NCBI GenBank assembly: GCA_951406725.2
Contig: OX597830.1
Span: 3,906,001-3,970,000, forward strand
Length of the DNA stretch: 64,000 bases
Source of the DNA: Octopus vulgaris
Taxonomy: Eukaryota
Direction: 5' to 3'
Shown here: positions 39,430 to 51,400 of the stretch, one piece after another
Layout of the letters: every line of letters starts with the position of its first letter
Numbering within the stretch: position 1 is the first letter of the stretch
Position numbers and translations under genes: made by a program
The notes under the pieces: generated by a model
Seen by the model: the letters and a program-made list of their open reading frames with translations, nothing else
Told to the model about the DNA's origin: nothing
Database searches by the model: none

Positions 39430-39782
39430 TTGTGTATGTATCTCTCCATTTCTCTCTCACTTTCTCTCTCTATATATATGTGTGTGTGTGTAGTTGAATA
39501 GATGTAAAAAGAAAAAAGAGCAAAGCTGTAGAATATACCATTTGGTGTAGTATGTGGAAAGCTTTCTATTTTTCATGCTGTTGCATAGACCTGCAAAGCA
39601 ATCCTATTTGCAAAACAAATTATTTATAGCATTCCATACTATAATTATTTTAAACTCTGACTTATTTAATCGATTAAAAGTTATATTACTGATACATTAA
39701 TTACTTGTCCATTCTAGATTCTCAAAATAGATTCTCAAAATATTCTAGATTCTCAAAATATATATGCATATATATACATATA

Positions 39783-40040
39783 TGGGAAGCTTAGTGATTA
39801 GGGTTTTCAGCTCATGATTGTAAGGATGTGAATTCAATTTCTGATGACATGTTATGCCTACTCAGCTGGCAAAAATGAGTAGTACCTGTATTTCAAAAGA
39901 CACATTCTGTGTTATGCTGAATCTCCCTGAGATCTACGTTAAGGATATGCATGTCTGTAGAGTGCCCAACCAGTTGCACATTAATTTCATGAGCAATCTG
40001 TTCCATTCATGGAATCAATTGTAACCAACAGAATGCCAGT
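39783..40040 (+). mobile_element. SINE with family D tail (decayed)
   Basis: TAGTGATTAGGG..CAGCTGGCAAAAATGAGTAGTACCTGTATTTCAAA..GCTGAATCTCCCTGAGATCTACGTTAAGG. Confidence 0.8.
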
Positions 40041-40094
40041 TTATGTATGTATGTTGTGTGTGTATGTATGTATGTATACATATATACATATAAG

Positions 40095-40357
40095 TATATA
40101 TACCCATATGCCGCAATAGAAGTATTAAGACTGGTCCCACTGATGGTGATGTCACATAAAAGCTCCAGTGCAATGCCACATAAAAGCAGTGCTATGAAAA
40201 AGCACCCAGGCCACTCTGTAATGAGGTTGGTGTTTGGAAGGGTATCCAGCCATAGAAACTGTGCCAAGTAAGACTGGAGTTTGGTGCAGCTCCCCAGCTT
40301 GCCAGCTCTGGGCAAGCTGTCCAGCCCACGAACAATGGATGTTAAATGATGATGATG
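40095..40357 (+). mobile_element. RTE 3'UTR/tail fragment
   Basis: AAAAAGCACCC..GGAAGGGTATCCAGCCATAGAAAC..GGATGTTAAATGATGATGATG. Confidence 0.8.
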
Positions 40358-40559
40358 GTAAGAAAATACCTCTTAATATTTGTCAGCCACAATAGACAAG
40401 CCATAGAATGTTACTATTCCAATACAGCAGCATAATAATACAGCAACAGCGATTATTCTTATATCTATAAGAATGCCATATTAATATGGCGATAACAATT
40501 AATTTCCAGTAAACGCTGCCGTAATCTCTTTTATAGAGACTTAGTAATTTTAATATTTC

Positions 40560-41027
<468 letters not shown>

Positions 41028-41073
41028 ATATATATTTATATATATATATATTTGTAAAGAATAAAATGTTTTG

Positions 41074-41400
41074 AATGGTACAACAATGCACTATAATACA
41101 GATAATGGGCTATTAAAACTGTTGTAATTTAGTCATCCTTAGTCTGATATGATATTTCGGAATAAAATTCCTCCTTCAGATATTCTTAGATGGAGTGGCT
41201 GCTATTAGACATATTTCACTTAGGCTTTGCAAGACTAATAACTTGGTATAGAACTGAATATAACCAATTATAGCAGCGACTCCATCTAAGAATATCTGAA
41301 GAAGGAATTTTATTCCGAAATATCATATCAGACTAAGGATGACCAAATTACAACTGGTATATAGCCCATTGTCTGTGTTGTAGTGCATTGATGTACCATT
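41074..41400. repeat. Long inverted repeat (arms of about 131 bp, 64-bp spacer), probably derived from a Penelope-like element
   Basis: 41074-41205 is the reverse complement of 41270-41400 with about ten differences. Each arm carries CTGAAG(A/G)AGGAATTTTATTCCGAAATATCATATC. Confidence 0.9.
41296..41329 (+). ncRNA. Minimal hammerhead-ribozyme-like motif (mirror copy at 41146-41179, - strand)
   Basis: CUGAAGA, A, stem II GGAAU/uuu/AUUCC, GAAA, near-palindromic stem III AUAU-C-AUAU, then C. Stem I pairing is weak. Confidence 0.5.
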
Positions 41401-41401
41401 A

Positions 41402-41813
41402 CTCTTTTACCCTCTTTCTTGTTTCAGTCACTTGACTGTGGCCATGCTGGAGCACCACCTTTAGTCGAGCAAATCGACCCCAGGACTTATTCTTTGTAAG
41501 CCTAGTACTTATTCTATTGGTCTCTTTTGCTGAACCGTTAAGTTATGGGGACGTAAACTCACCAGCATCGGTTGTCAAGCGATGTTGGGGAGACAACACA
41601 GACACACAAACATATACACAGACATGCATGTATATATATACATATATACGACGGGCTTCTTTCAGTTTCCATCTACCAAATCCACTCACAAGGCTTTGGT
41701 CAGCCCGAGGCTATGGTAGAAGACACTTGCCCAAGGTGCCACGCAGTGGGACTGAACCTGGGACCATGTGGTTGGTAAGCAAGCTACTTACCACACAGCC
41801 ACTCCTATGCCTA
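41402..41813 (-). mobile_element. Well-preserved full-length SINE C with CR1-type tail
   Basis: CTTGTTTCAGTCACTTGACTGTGGCCATGCTGGAGCACC..microsatellite..GGGACTGAACCTGGGACC..ACCACACAGCCACTCCTATGCCTA. Confidence 0.93.
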
Positions 41814-41870
41814 TTCAAAACATTTTCATTACAAACAATACACAATGCTTCAAGCAAACTACAATTCTCT

Positions 41871-41924
<54 letters not shown>

Positions 41925-42289
41925 TAATAGATGGCAGTGCAATTAAAAAGCTAGCTTTGCAGCTTTTTAACAGTTTTGGAATAAGTCCTACAGTATGCAA
42001 GTTTTTAAAAACATATATTTTTCAAGAACAAAGAATATAGATGCAGTCTCATTATCAGAATGGTTGGTAGTAAATATATGATTAAGTATCTGGAGCTCAT
42101 AATGTAATTTAGATGATAATGAATGTAATTTAGATGTCTTTTAGTGATTCCACACTAAACATGAAGAAGGAAATTATACCAAAAACTTTGTAACAAGAAA
42201 AATTGAATAAACTTTTATGATAAAAATTTATTGATAGTTGTGAAGTTTAATATATTCGTTAATGTGTAATCTAATATTCACTGTGATAA

Positions 42290-42670
42290 AAGCATTGTGA
42301 GTGAATGTGGCAGATGAAAACTGAAGGAAGCCTATTGTGTGTGTGTACATAGATTTCACTTAGGCATTGCAAGACTAATAACCTGGTGTAGAACTGAATA
42401 TTTATATGCTTAAGAATGCAGCATTAGTCAAGTTTGTCTTGACATCTTGTGATAGTTGTAAACGAGAGTCACTGTCATCTAAGTGGTGTCCATCATTTCC
42501 TGTTTTCCATGTAAGCATGTCAAATCATGAGGAAATATAGCTTTGCTTGGAAACAAGTAAGGGTACATGACAGGAAGAGTGTCCAGCTGTAAAGAATTAA
42601 TTCTGCCTCAACAAATTCTGTCTGACCCTTAAAAGTATGGAAATACAAACATTTCAAAGATGACAAGGAT
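42290..42670 (+). mobile_element. SINE C core with RTE-type tail (5'-truncated, decayed)
   Basis: AAAGCATTGTGAGTGAATGTGGCAGATGAAAACTGAAGGAAGCC..GCTTGGAAACAAGTAAGGG..AGGAAGAGTGTCCAGCTGTA. Confidence 0.75.
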
Positions 42671-43280
42671 ATGTGTGTTTGTGACTCTGTTTCTTTCTTT
42701 CTTTTTTGTGAGCTTCGAATGGTGTTGTCACTTCCCCTGTCAATAAATCATTTGCTTCTTTTGTGCCTTCAAAGGCATGTGAAATAGATCCCTTACTTGA
42801 AAAATAAGAGTTAGTAAGAGGAAGGGCATCTGCTAATGTTAGAAATCATAACTTTTTGAAAAGAATTCAAATTCTAACTTTATAAAGCAGCAAACTACAT
42901 CAGTTGCCAGTCAATTCCACTTTCTTTTTATTCTCTCTGTTTCCCTGTGTAACATCACTGCTTGATTCTTGGGTGCCATTGACAGAATTCATTCTATTGT
43001 TACAGGCAGTGGCACCAGATCTCTGCTCTGACAACAACTCAATATTTTGATACATTACTTCTGACTATGAGTCAGCATTTCTAGCCCCAGCCTTCCCCAA
43101 CCCATCTCAGATGTCTTACTAAGGTTATTGATGTTGCTTTTCCTTTGGTTATCCATAAAAAATGAAAAAAAAGCACAGCCCAGTCAACAGTTTTTGTCTT
43201 GCCCAAAGCATAGAACAGTTCTGCACCACTGAGAGAAAACAAAGTCATAACCATTCATGCAAGACATCAACTTGTTATTG

Positions 43281-43390
43281 TCAGCTACAGTGTCTCCTCA
43301 TTATATTTATGTGTATACTACCTTCATTATAGATATAATCAGTTACTGTGTCTCCTCCTTATATTTATATGTATACTACTTTCATTATAG
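43281..43390. repeat. 58-bp-period direct duplication (2 diverged copies)
   Basis: TCAGCTACAGTGTCTCCTCATTATATTTATGTGTATACTACCTTCATTATAG versus TCAGTTACTGTGTCTCCTCCTTATATTTATATGTATACTACTTTCATTATAG. Confidence 0.9.
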
Positions 43391-44889
43391 TTTTATTAAA
43401 ACTGAAAGAGGGTTAGTCAACTATAACACTTATTCATCAATTTCAGTAAACCTAATGCATTATTTAAATTTATTATCTAAAAGTAATCTTATCAGACGAA
43501 GCCTGTGTCTCCACCGATGAGTGTGATATGAAACATGATAATAGAAAAATAAATAACTGGAAATATAAAAAATATAAATACATTACAGTGAGCAGCTCAC
43601 TACAGCATCAGAAATATAATACTTTCATAAAACATTTTGTTTAACAATACATAATTGGAAATTTGTTCAAAGATCAGAATATTTAATAAATTGGTTGAAA
43701 CAAACATATATATATATATATATATATATATAAGATTTGAGAAAAAAAAAAGTTTTTCCAAGGTATTGTAAACACAAATACACATAAATGTATACATACA
43801 TACACACACACATGCACACAAATGTATACATACATACTAAATATACAGATTATATATACTCACCCATATACACTTCAACAACTGTTTTAACACTTTTCAG
43901 TGTTTCATTTACCCCCAGAACTTGCATTGTCTATACCATTACCACCCAGTTATTTTCATTACAAATCATGTTAGTAGCAAATCAAAGTTGTGGGTGAGTT
44001 ATTATGGAACTTGACTATAGCTGAAGGGTTGACCATTTCTATTGTACAACTAGTGTTGTACTGTTTGTATAGACACAAGAACCAACTATAGTGATTCTCT
44101 ACATCTAAATAGGTAACATAGTTAAGTACTGTACATCATTGTAAAGACTAGTTTTCTGAAGGTTATTTCAAAAATAATTTCAAAGTAAAACAGATATTGC
44201 TGGGACATGATTTGGCTCTGTTTGCATCCAGTGAAGACTATGCTTACCTTCGGTAAGGGATTCCATAGCCAGTTGCCAATGATTTTGATAAAGTGTTGGT
44301 TGTCAAAAGAGTTCCTGTCGAGTGGTTCCAACTGATAATTCTACAAGCAACCAAAGACTCCCTCTATGACACAGAGAATATCATTAATATACACTTTCTT
44401 CCACTGAAACATAAAAATACAATGTAAGTGACTTTCATATATTCTGATCAATAATTTTTGTTCACTAGCTTCACTGTTTTGTGTGAGATTTATCAGTACT
44501 TATCGGCTGATTTGTTCCCAAGAAAGCCAGCTATTCAAAACCATATTAATCGTTCAGAAAAGCGGTTTTGAGTTTCTGCTATGTATAACTTCTGCACTAA
44601 TCAGATTAAAGTGTTATATTCCAGAGGTTGATTTTTGTGCTGCTTGTAGTTAAGCTAATCTAGGATTCTTCTTTGAAAAATATTCCTACACAGTCATAAA
44701 AGTAAATGTGGCTTTTACTTAAGGTCAAAATGGCATTTATTCTTTAAGTTACAAACTAAGAAATCTTGTTGTTGTTCCTTGACACAATATAGTGTAAATA
44801 ATGTCCTTTGTACTATGTTAGTCACTTTACTCTTATAGAAAGTTAATGTTTAGCAAATGTCTTTGTAACATGCATATTGATGTATCACG

Positions 44890-45175
44890 GCTGAGATGTG
44901 AGCAGTTGGAGATTGAATTTGCTGAAAATAAAAACCATGTTATTGACAAGAAGTTCTTTTAAGGCTTCAATCTTATGTAGGAAATTATCCCAAATCCACT
45001 GTCACTTCCTTGTATTTCTGAAATCAATTTATATTAGCAGCATTTCAGTTCTCTTTATGGTGGTGTTAATAGCTAAATCTACTTTTATGGATATGAGCTT
45101 TGAATTCAGACAAAATGCTTCTTGTAGTTTTATTTTACCAGCTACATCTGAAGATACTATTTCTCTGCCTCAGTG
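44890..45175 (-). pseudogene. Possible highly decayed RTE-like RT remnant
   Basis: KLQEAFCLNSKLISIKVDLAINTTIKRTEMLLI resembles LQxxL..SxKVGLxINxxKTExM; interrupted by stops. Confidence 0.3.
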
Positions 45176-45903
45176 TAAGAAGAAAATATCTTTAAAAATA
45201 TGTACATAAATCATTTAGTTTGCAGCCATTATTCCATAACTGATGTTTTGATATGGTTGTTGTTTTGAAGCACTTCATATGAATGCTTATGCATTATTCT
45301 TGCAATTTGCATAAAGGGTAGTTTCTACAGCTACTGTGAAACTATAAGTAGGGACTTAAAATAGAAAACATCTCTAAGTTTTAATAGTCACAATTATAAG
45401 TTAAAATTATTAAACTAAGTGATTCACATGATTATCATAATGTATATATCTGATTTAATACACACACAAACATTAACCAGGGTTGTTAAGAGATACTGCT
45501 GTTAGACAAAACTTTGAAAAAAAATCACTTGGTAATGTCTAAATGCTTATATAGATAAAGTCATTCCAACCATGACTTTTTCCTGTGTTCAGGTAACCAA
45601 GACATCAGTGTCCAACATGACTTTTTCTTAGATGGTGGGATGTGATTTGATGGAATTTCACTGCAATTTCTAGCAAGCCAAGTGACCACATGCAAACTCC
45701 CTCATTAGCTCAAGCATACAATGGTATACAATAGTGTGTTTGGTTTATTCAGTAATGGTATTTCAAAAAGTTGAGTCTGTCACACTGGTTTTATTATAAG
45801 AGTTCGAAGTCTATATCTAGAACGTCGTAATCAGATGCCAAGAATGATACATGCACACACGCACACATGCACGGTTGTATATAATGTCTGTTGTATGTGT
45901 GTG

Positions 45904-45983
<80 letters not shown>

Positions 45984-47345
45984 GTTATGTGAGTGTGTGT
46001 GTGGTGTGCATGTGTATAATTTCCATGGACATTTCACTTTCCTGTTTTGTTAGATGTTTAGCACAAAACAAAATTGTTTTGTTAATTTTCGTGTATTTTG
46101 TTTTCGCTTTTAGACAATCATTCAGTTTCCAACAGTCTTAAAGTTCTTATTAATTTTGCTTATTCTTCAGACTTTTAGTTTCCAGGAACTATCATATTGT
46201 ACATTTTCTTTTTCACCCCAAACCAAAATACTTGTTTTCGAAACTTGCATCCAGATTTTAGCCTATCTTCTATTATTATTATTATTATTATTAATTTTTT
46301 TTTCATTATTCCTTATTTACCTTCCCTGCTTCATATTATTGCTTCTGTAACTAAATCTCATGTTATGAGCAACAAACAACAAATAAGTTGATGTACAAAA
46401 AATTCACTATCACCATCATCATCGTCGTTGCTGTTGTTATTGTTGATGTTATGCTCTTTACATCTGGACAGCATTTACAGTAAAAGGGCAAAGAAACTGC
46501 TGCCGTCAACTAAACAAGACATATTGTTGATACCTTGATACAAAACCATCTGGTACAGCTGTTAAATCAATGAATGTTGGTAACGTTGCAACAACATATG
46601 TATTCGTTGTCATAAAATCGAGAACTATAAAAAAGAAAAGTAACAATAATAAACTTTGTAAGAAACCAGAATGAAAACATGTTCTTGTAAAGCGAATCAC
46701 AAATGAAAACCAATAAATTTCTACCCCACCCCCACCCCAGCTTTAAATGATAAAGAATAAACGGAGATATAATGCACCCAGACAAGGGTGACTGGAGGCA
46801 GAATTGAGAAAGCATTGAACAAAATGGCAGCATTTGTTTTGGTTATTTGTGTTCTGGGTTTACATCTCCATAGTGAACTTTGCTGGTCATTCTTTGTGAG
46901 GGTCAAAAAAAAAAAATTGTTCGGTATGAATCAAATACTGTTTAAGGACCTACAAATCAAGGTATATGATATTAGGGTTTATTTGATTGAATGCTAATCA
47001 GGAGCTAAAGTCCCCGAGATAATCCAACTCAGACTTTTCTTTTATTCTGATAAATCTTGTGAATATTGTCAAACCATATTGGACCTTGATCATCAGGGAC
47101 ATGGAAAGAGAAGAGTTGTATGGCCAACCACTAGTCTTTCATCCAACCTTTCCCAGGTCTGTGACTTGGAGAGGACATCACTATGATTTCATTCAGTTCA
47201 GCAGGCCTTCATAAGCATGGCATAGTGCCCAACGATGGAAGGGTGACAGCAAATCAAGACTTTTCATGGAGAAGATCTATGGCCTCCTGAGACACACACG
47301 TCTCATAGTAGAAACTATGCCATAGTATGTTTGCATCAGGGCTGT

Positions 47346-48345
47346 CATCATCAACATCATCATCATCATCGTTTAAAGTCTGCTTTCCATGCTGGCATGG
47401 GTTGGACTGTTTAACTGAAGTCTGGCAAGCCAGGAGACCACACCAGGCTCCAGTCTGATCTGGCAGTGTTTCTACAGCTGGATACCCTTCCTAATGTTAA
47501 TGATTCTGGGAGTGTAGTGGGTGCTTTTTACATGCCACCAGCACGGGTGCCAGTCAGGTGGCACTGACATCGACCATGTTCAAATGACGCTTTTTACATG
47601 CCACCGGCATGGGTATCAGTTAGGCAGCACTGGCATTGGTCATGCTCGAATGGTGCTTTTCCCATGCCACCGGCATGGGTGCCAGTCAGGCAGCACTGAC
47701 ACCCGCCATGACTATGATTTCACTCAGTTCAACAGGTCTTCACAAGCATGGCATATTGCCCAACAATTGAAGGATGCTCTTAAATGGGCCAGTTATGCAA
47801 CACTGGCACTTGCCATGGCTATGATCTCACTTGGCTTGAGTCTTCTCAAGCACGGCATATCTCCCATAAGTCTTGGTCACTTGTCATTGCCTCTGTAAGG
47901 CCCAATATTCGAAGGTCATGCTTCACTACCTCACCCCAGGTTCCCTCCACTGTTAGGGTGTGACACTTCTTCACACGGCTGTCCTCATCCATACACATCA
48001 CATGACCATATCAGCGCAGTCGTCTCCCTTACCCACCACATCTGATGTCCAACTTTACTCTCAGGGTGCTCACACTCTGTTGTGTATGCACACTGACATT
48101 ACACATCTAGTGGAGCATACTAGCTTCACTTCTTTCAAGCCTGCGCATGTCCTCAGCAGCCCATGTTTTGCTGCCGTGTAGCATAGCTGTTTGCACACAG
48201 AAACCATACAGTCTACCTTTCACTCTGAGCAAGAGGCTCTTTGTTACCAGCAGAGATAAGAGCTCTCTGAACTTTTCCCATGCTATTCTTATTCTAGAAA
48301 ATATGCTCTCAGAGCATCCACCCCTGCTACTGACTTGGTCACCTT
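47346..48345 (-). mobile_element. 5'-truncated RTE LINE: C-terminal coding region, 3'UTR with three hairpin repeat units and (GAT)n tail
   Basis: GDQVSSRGGCSESIFSRIRIAWEKFRELLSLLVTKSLLLRVKGRLY..AMLHGSKTWA..DMRRLERSE runs continuously into the AGGAAGGGTATCCAGCTGTAGAAAC..CCATGCCAGCATGG..(GAT)n end. Confidence 0.9.
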
Positions 48346-48478
48346 GGTAATGGGTTAAAAATTTTGGTTTGCAACTATCTGGTTTTGAGTTCAGTCCCAT
48401 TCTCTGGTACTTTGGACAGATGTTTTCTACTTATAGCCTCAGGTTGACCAAAGCCTTGTGAATGAAACCTGGTAGAAA
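48346..48478 (+). mobile_element. SINE C head fragment
   Basis: GAGTTCAGTCCC..TATAGCCTCAGGTTGACCAAAGCCTTGTGA. Confidence 0.75.
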
Positions 48479-51400
48479 AATGTTTCAATGGTAATCAGAG
48501 GCATTATTTCCATTCTTGGATCATCAATTTAATCTGTTACTGATTTGAATGCCATCATAGAGGAACCTGGGTCCTCTTTGTAGAGTCGCTCTCTTGCATA
48601 CATTAGAGCCTGGCCTGGGGGTAAAGCTATTTTACCACGAGTCTCAGAGGTCCTCAAAAAAGATACTGAGTGTTTCTTTCTTCCTCTGAGGAATTCATAA
48701 GAGTAAAATCTAAATCCTATGCAGTATTGGTTGTTGATGTAGATCTAAATATAAGCAAAAATTTATATATGTAAAGTGACAAAGAATAATGCTGTGAACT
48801 GTGACTTTTCAATTTCCTTCAGCTTTTAATATAGATAAACTTTTGTCTATTCTTGGCCTTAAGTAACTCAAAATATTAGATTTTGATTATGCTTTCTATA
48901 TTAAAAATTTAGAAAATAATTTTAATTTTAAACATATTAGTTCAAATACAATCTGGATTGACTTTAAAATGTGACACCCTGGGTTTGATGAAATTAAGTA
49001 TTGGGATAGATTCAATTGGCTATTCCCTACATTGGAGATTGTGGGCTTATGCACTATTGGAAATCATTATTAAATACAGCATTGAGGGCAGGAATTTTTC
49101 AGAAATGATAGAGACTTAAGCAATTAGTCACATTTCCTTTCAGTATTTTGATGAAAATCTCACCATGCTCAGCTTTGTTTTTGATTCCATTACAACATAT
49201 AATGATTGGTCAAGGCATTTCTTGAAATTCCTTTCAAATATATTGAACTCCTACTCTCATAAATAAATGTTTCGTGTAAAGATATGACACTTGAAAAATG
49301 ATCAAAGATAATTGTAATAGAGTGAAAGAATAACAGCTGAAAACATGAGACTCATATTTCAATTAGTTTTTGCTCAACAAATCATCCATGTGGTTTTTGA
49401 ATCATTGCATTAAATACACAGAAAGTTTGGTTTCATTCGATAAACCAGTTGGATGCAGATAAATAAAAAATAAATTAGACAAATTCAAATACATCTTAGA
49501 GATAAGGGATTGCAAAATTTACTGTTGATTTGAACTGATTGTCAATATTTAATGTTACATTACATAACAGGCACATAGTCAAAACTTGTCTCATCAGTTG
49601 CTAGATTATATATCTAAATGGTTTAACATTGTCGATAGGATTTCACAAGTCAGGTTCAACACATTAGTGAATACATATTTCTTTTTTTTTTCATGCATAA
49701 ATAAATGAAAGAAAAAAAAACTGTTTATTTTCACCATTGGGGTAAATATAAACACAGACATATATCCATTTAGTATGTTTGCCAGTTATGTGTAAGTACA
49801 CACATTTACGAAGCACTTTGCAGATAATTCTATAGAGGCTTAAAAAAATAAAAAACAAATTCCAGTGAGAAAATATAAAAATCGTTTTTATGGCTTCCTA
49901 CAGGGCATTTTGTATTCGACTGGTTCTATTAGAATTTTATTTGACTTTATCGATATCTATACAATTTATTCTGCAAGTGGGTTTTACAAAATGTAGTCGC
50001 CAGCACCAAATCAATGGAAATTGCATCTCAGTTCAGTTTCTCCTGGCACTGGGCCATCACAAGTTTAATATGGAGGGGCACTAGGCTGGAGTTAGTGTGA
50101 ATGAAAAGAGGAGAATGTGCTCGACTTTGCGTTAATTTTAAGGAAAGCATTATATTGTTTCCATGCAAAAAGAATGTGAGAAAATAAGAGGTAGGTAAGA
50201 AGTGATATATTGAGTGACATTCAGAGAAATATCCAAAATGTGGGAAAAGAGATGAAGATCAGTAGAATGATGTGTGATGGAAGGAAAAGAGCTGACGCTA
50301 GAAGAATAACTATCAGACCTGGCTATTTTCAATCTGATTAAAATATACAAATGAGAATAAAAATATATTTTTGCGGAAAAAACAAATTTGAAAAAAGCAA
50401 ATGAAGCAAGTATCTTGACATTTTGAGTCAAGAAAAGAATTGTTGTTTGTTGGCCGAAGACTATGGGAGAACAGCAGTCCACTAATGCTATTACTTGTCA
50501 ATTTATGGTGTAGATTCTACTGCTTGTTATACTGAGTCATTTCACCCAGAGTTACCTCTTTACATTTAAATGGTCTGAGCTGACAAAGGTTTGTAGTGGG
50601 GAGTTGAAACCTAACTGCTAGATACTCAGTCATAAGTGAACCACTACAGTTTCACATGATCAGCCTGTAAATCAACCAATCAGTGTGAGCCTTTGACACG
50701 TCAAAGGTAACTGGCTGACTCACACACCTCCACTCTTGCCAACAGGTGGCCAATGGACCAGTGATACCACAGATCAGAGATTTGTACAAATGACTTGATG
50801 TATTTTTGGACTTGTTTCATGTCACACAGATTACTTTTTATATTTTCAGAGCAGTTTTACTTTCATTCAGCAATTATTAATATTGTTCATTGTTATTTAT
50901 CAACATCAAATGTTTTTATGTCTGGCAATAAACGTTATAGTTAGATTTTCACAAGTTTGCTTCAGTTATCATTATTATTCATGCAGCCAACAAAATTTGT
51001 CTTTATTGATCAGATCAATTTAAGCAAAAGCAAACCCCTTGCAACAACTTCAATATCTTGGCTTTGGACACAGAATACACAGCTGACCACAGATTGTGAT
51101 CTTCTGTGCTGTTGCCCTAACTATCTCTGCCACTCCCCTACTCAACTGTTTTTATTATACTTTTGTAACTCTAGAAAACCCATACAATAGAGACATGTAT
51201 TTTCTTAGTATTTTCTGTATACAGGGTCAGATTAAGGTAATAGCATTTTACGGGTTGTAGTCTAGGAACCTCCAAAGATTAAGTAAAATAGTAAATTTTA
51301 AAAACTTTTGTATTACAGAAGTCCTCATAATTTCTGTAACTAGGAGTCCTACAACATTTTATTATGATACTATTTTTCTGCCTAATACATACAAGCATAC

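Noticed and set aside
39711-39760. Triple TAGATTCTCAAAATA micro-duplication (similar ones at about 42101-42136 and 28842-28872)
   Set aside because: Ordinary slippage duplications with no further structure.
44230-44330. Minus-strand FIKIIGNWLWNPLPK followed by GTAAGC as a possible exon
   Set aside because: No acceptor or partner exon was identified, and it could equally be a LINE WNxLP remnant.
51222-51370. Possible hAT-type MITE starting CAGGGTCAGATTAAGG
   Set aside because: No matching right terminal inverted repeat or TSD could be established.
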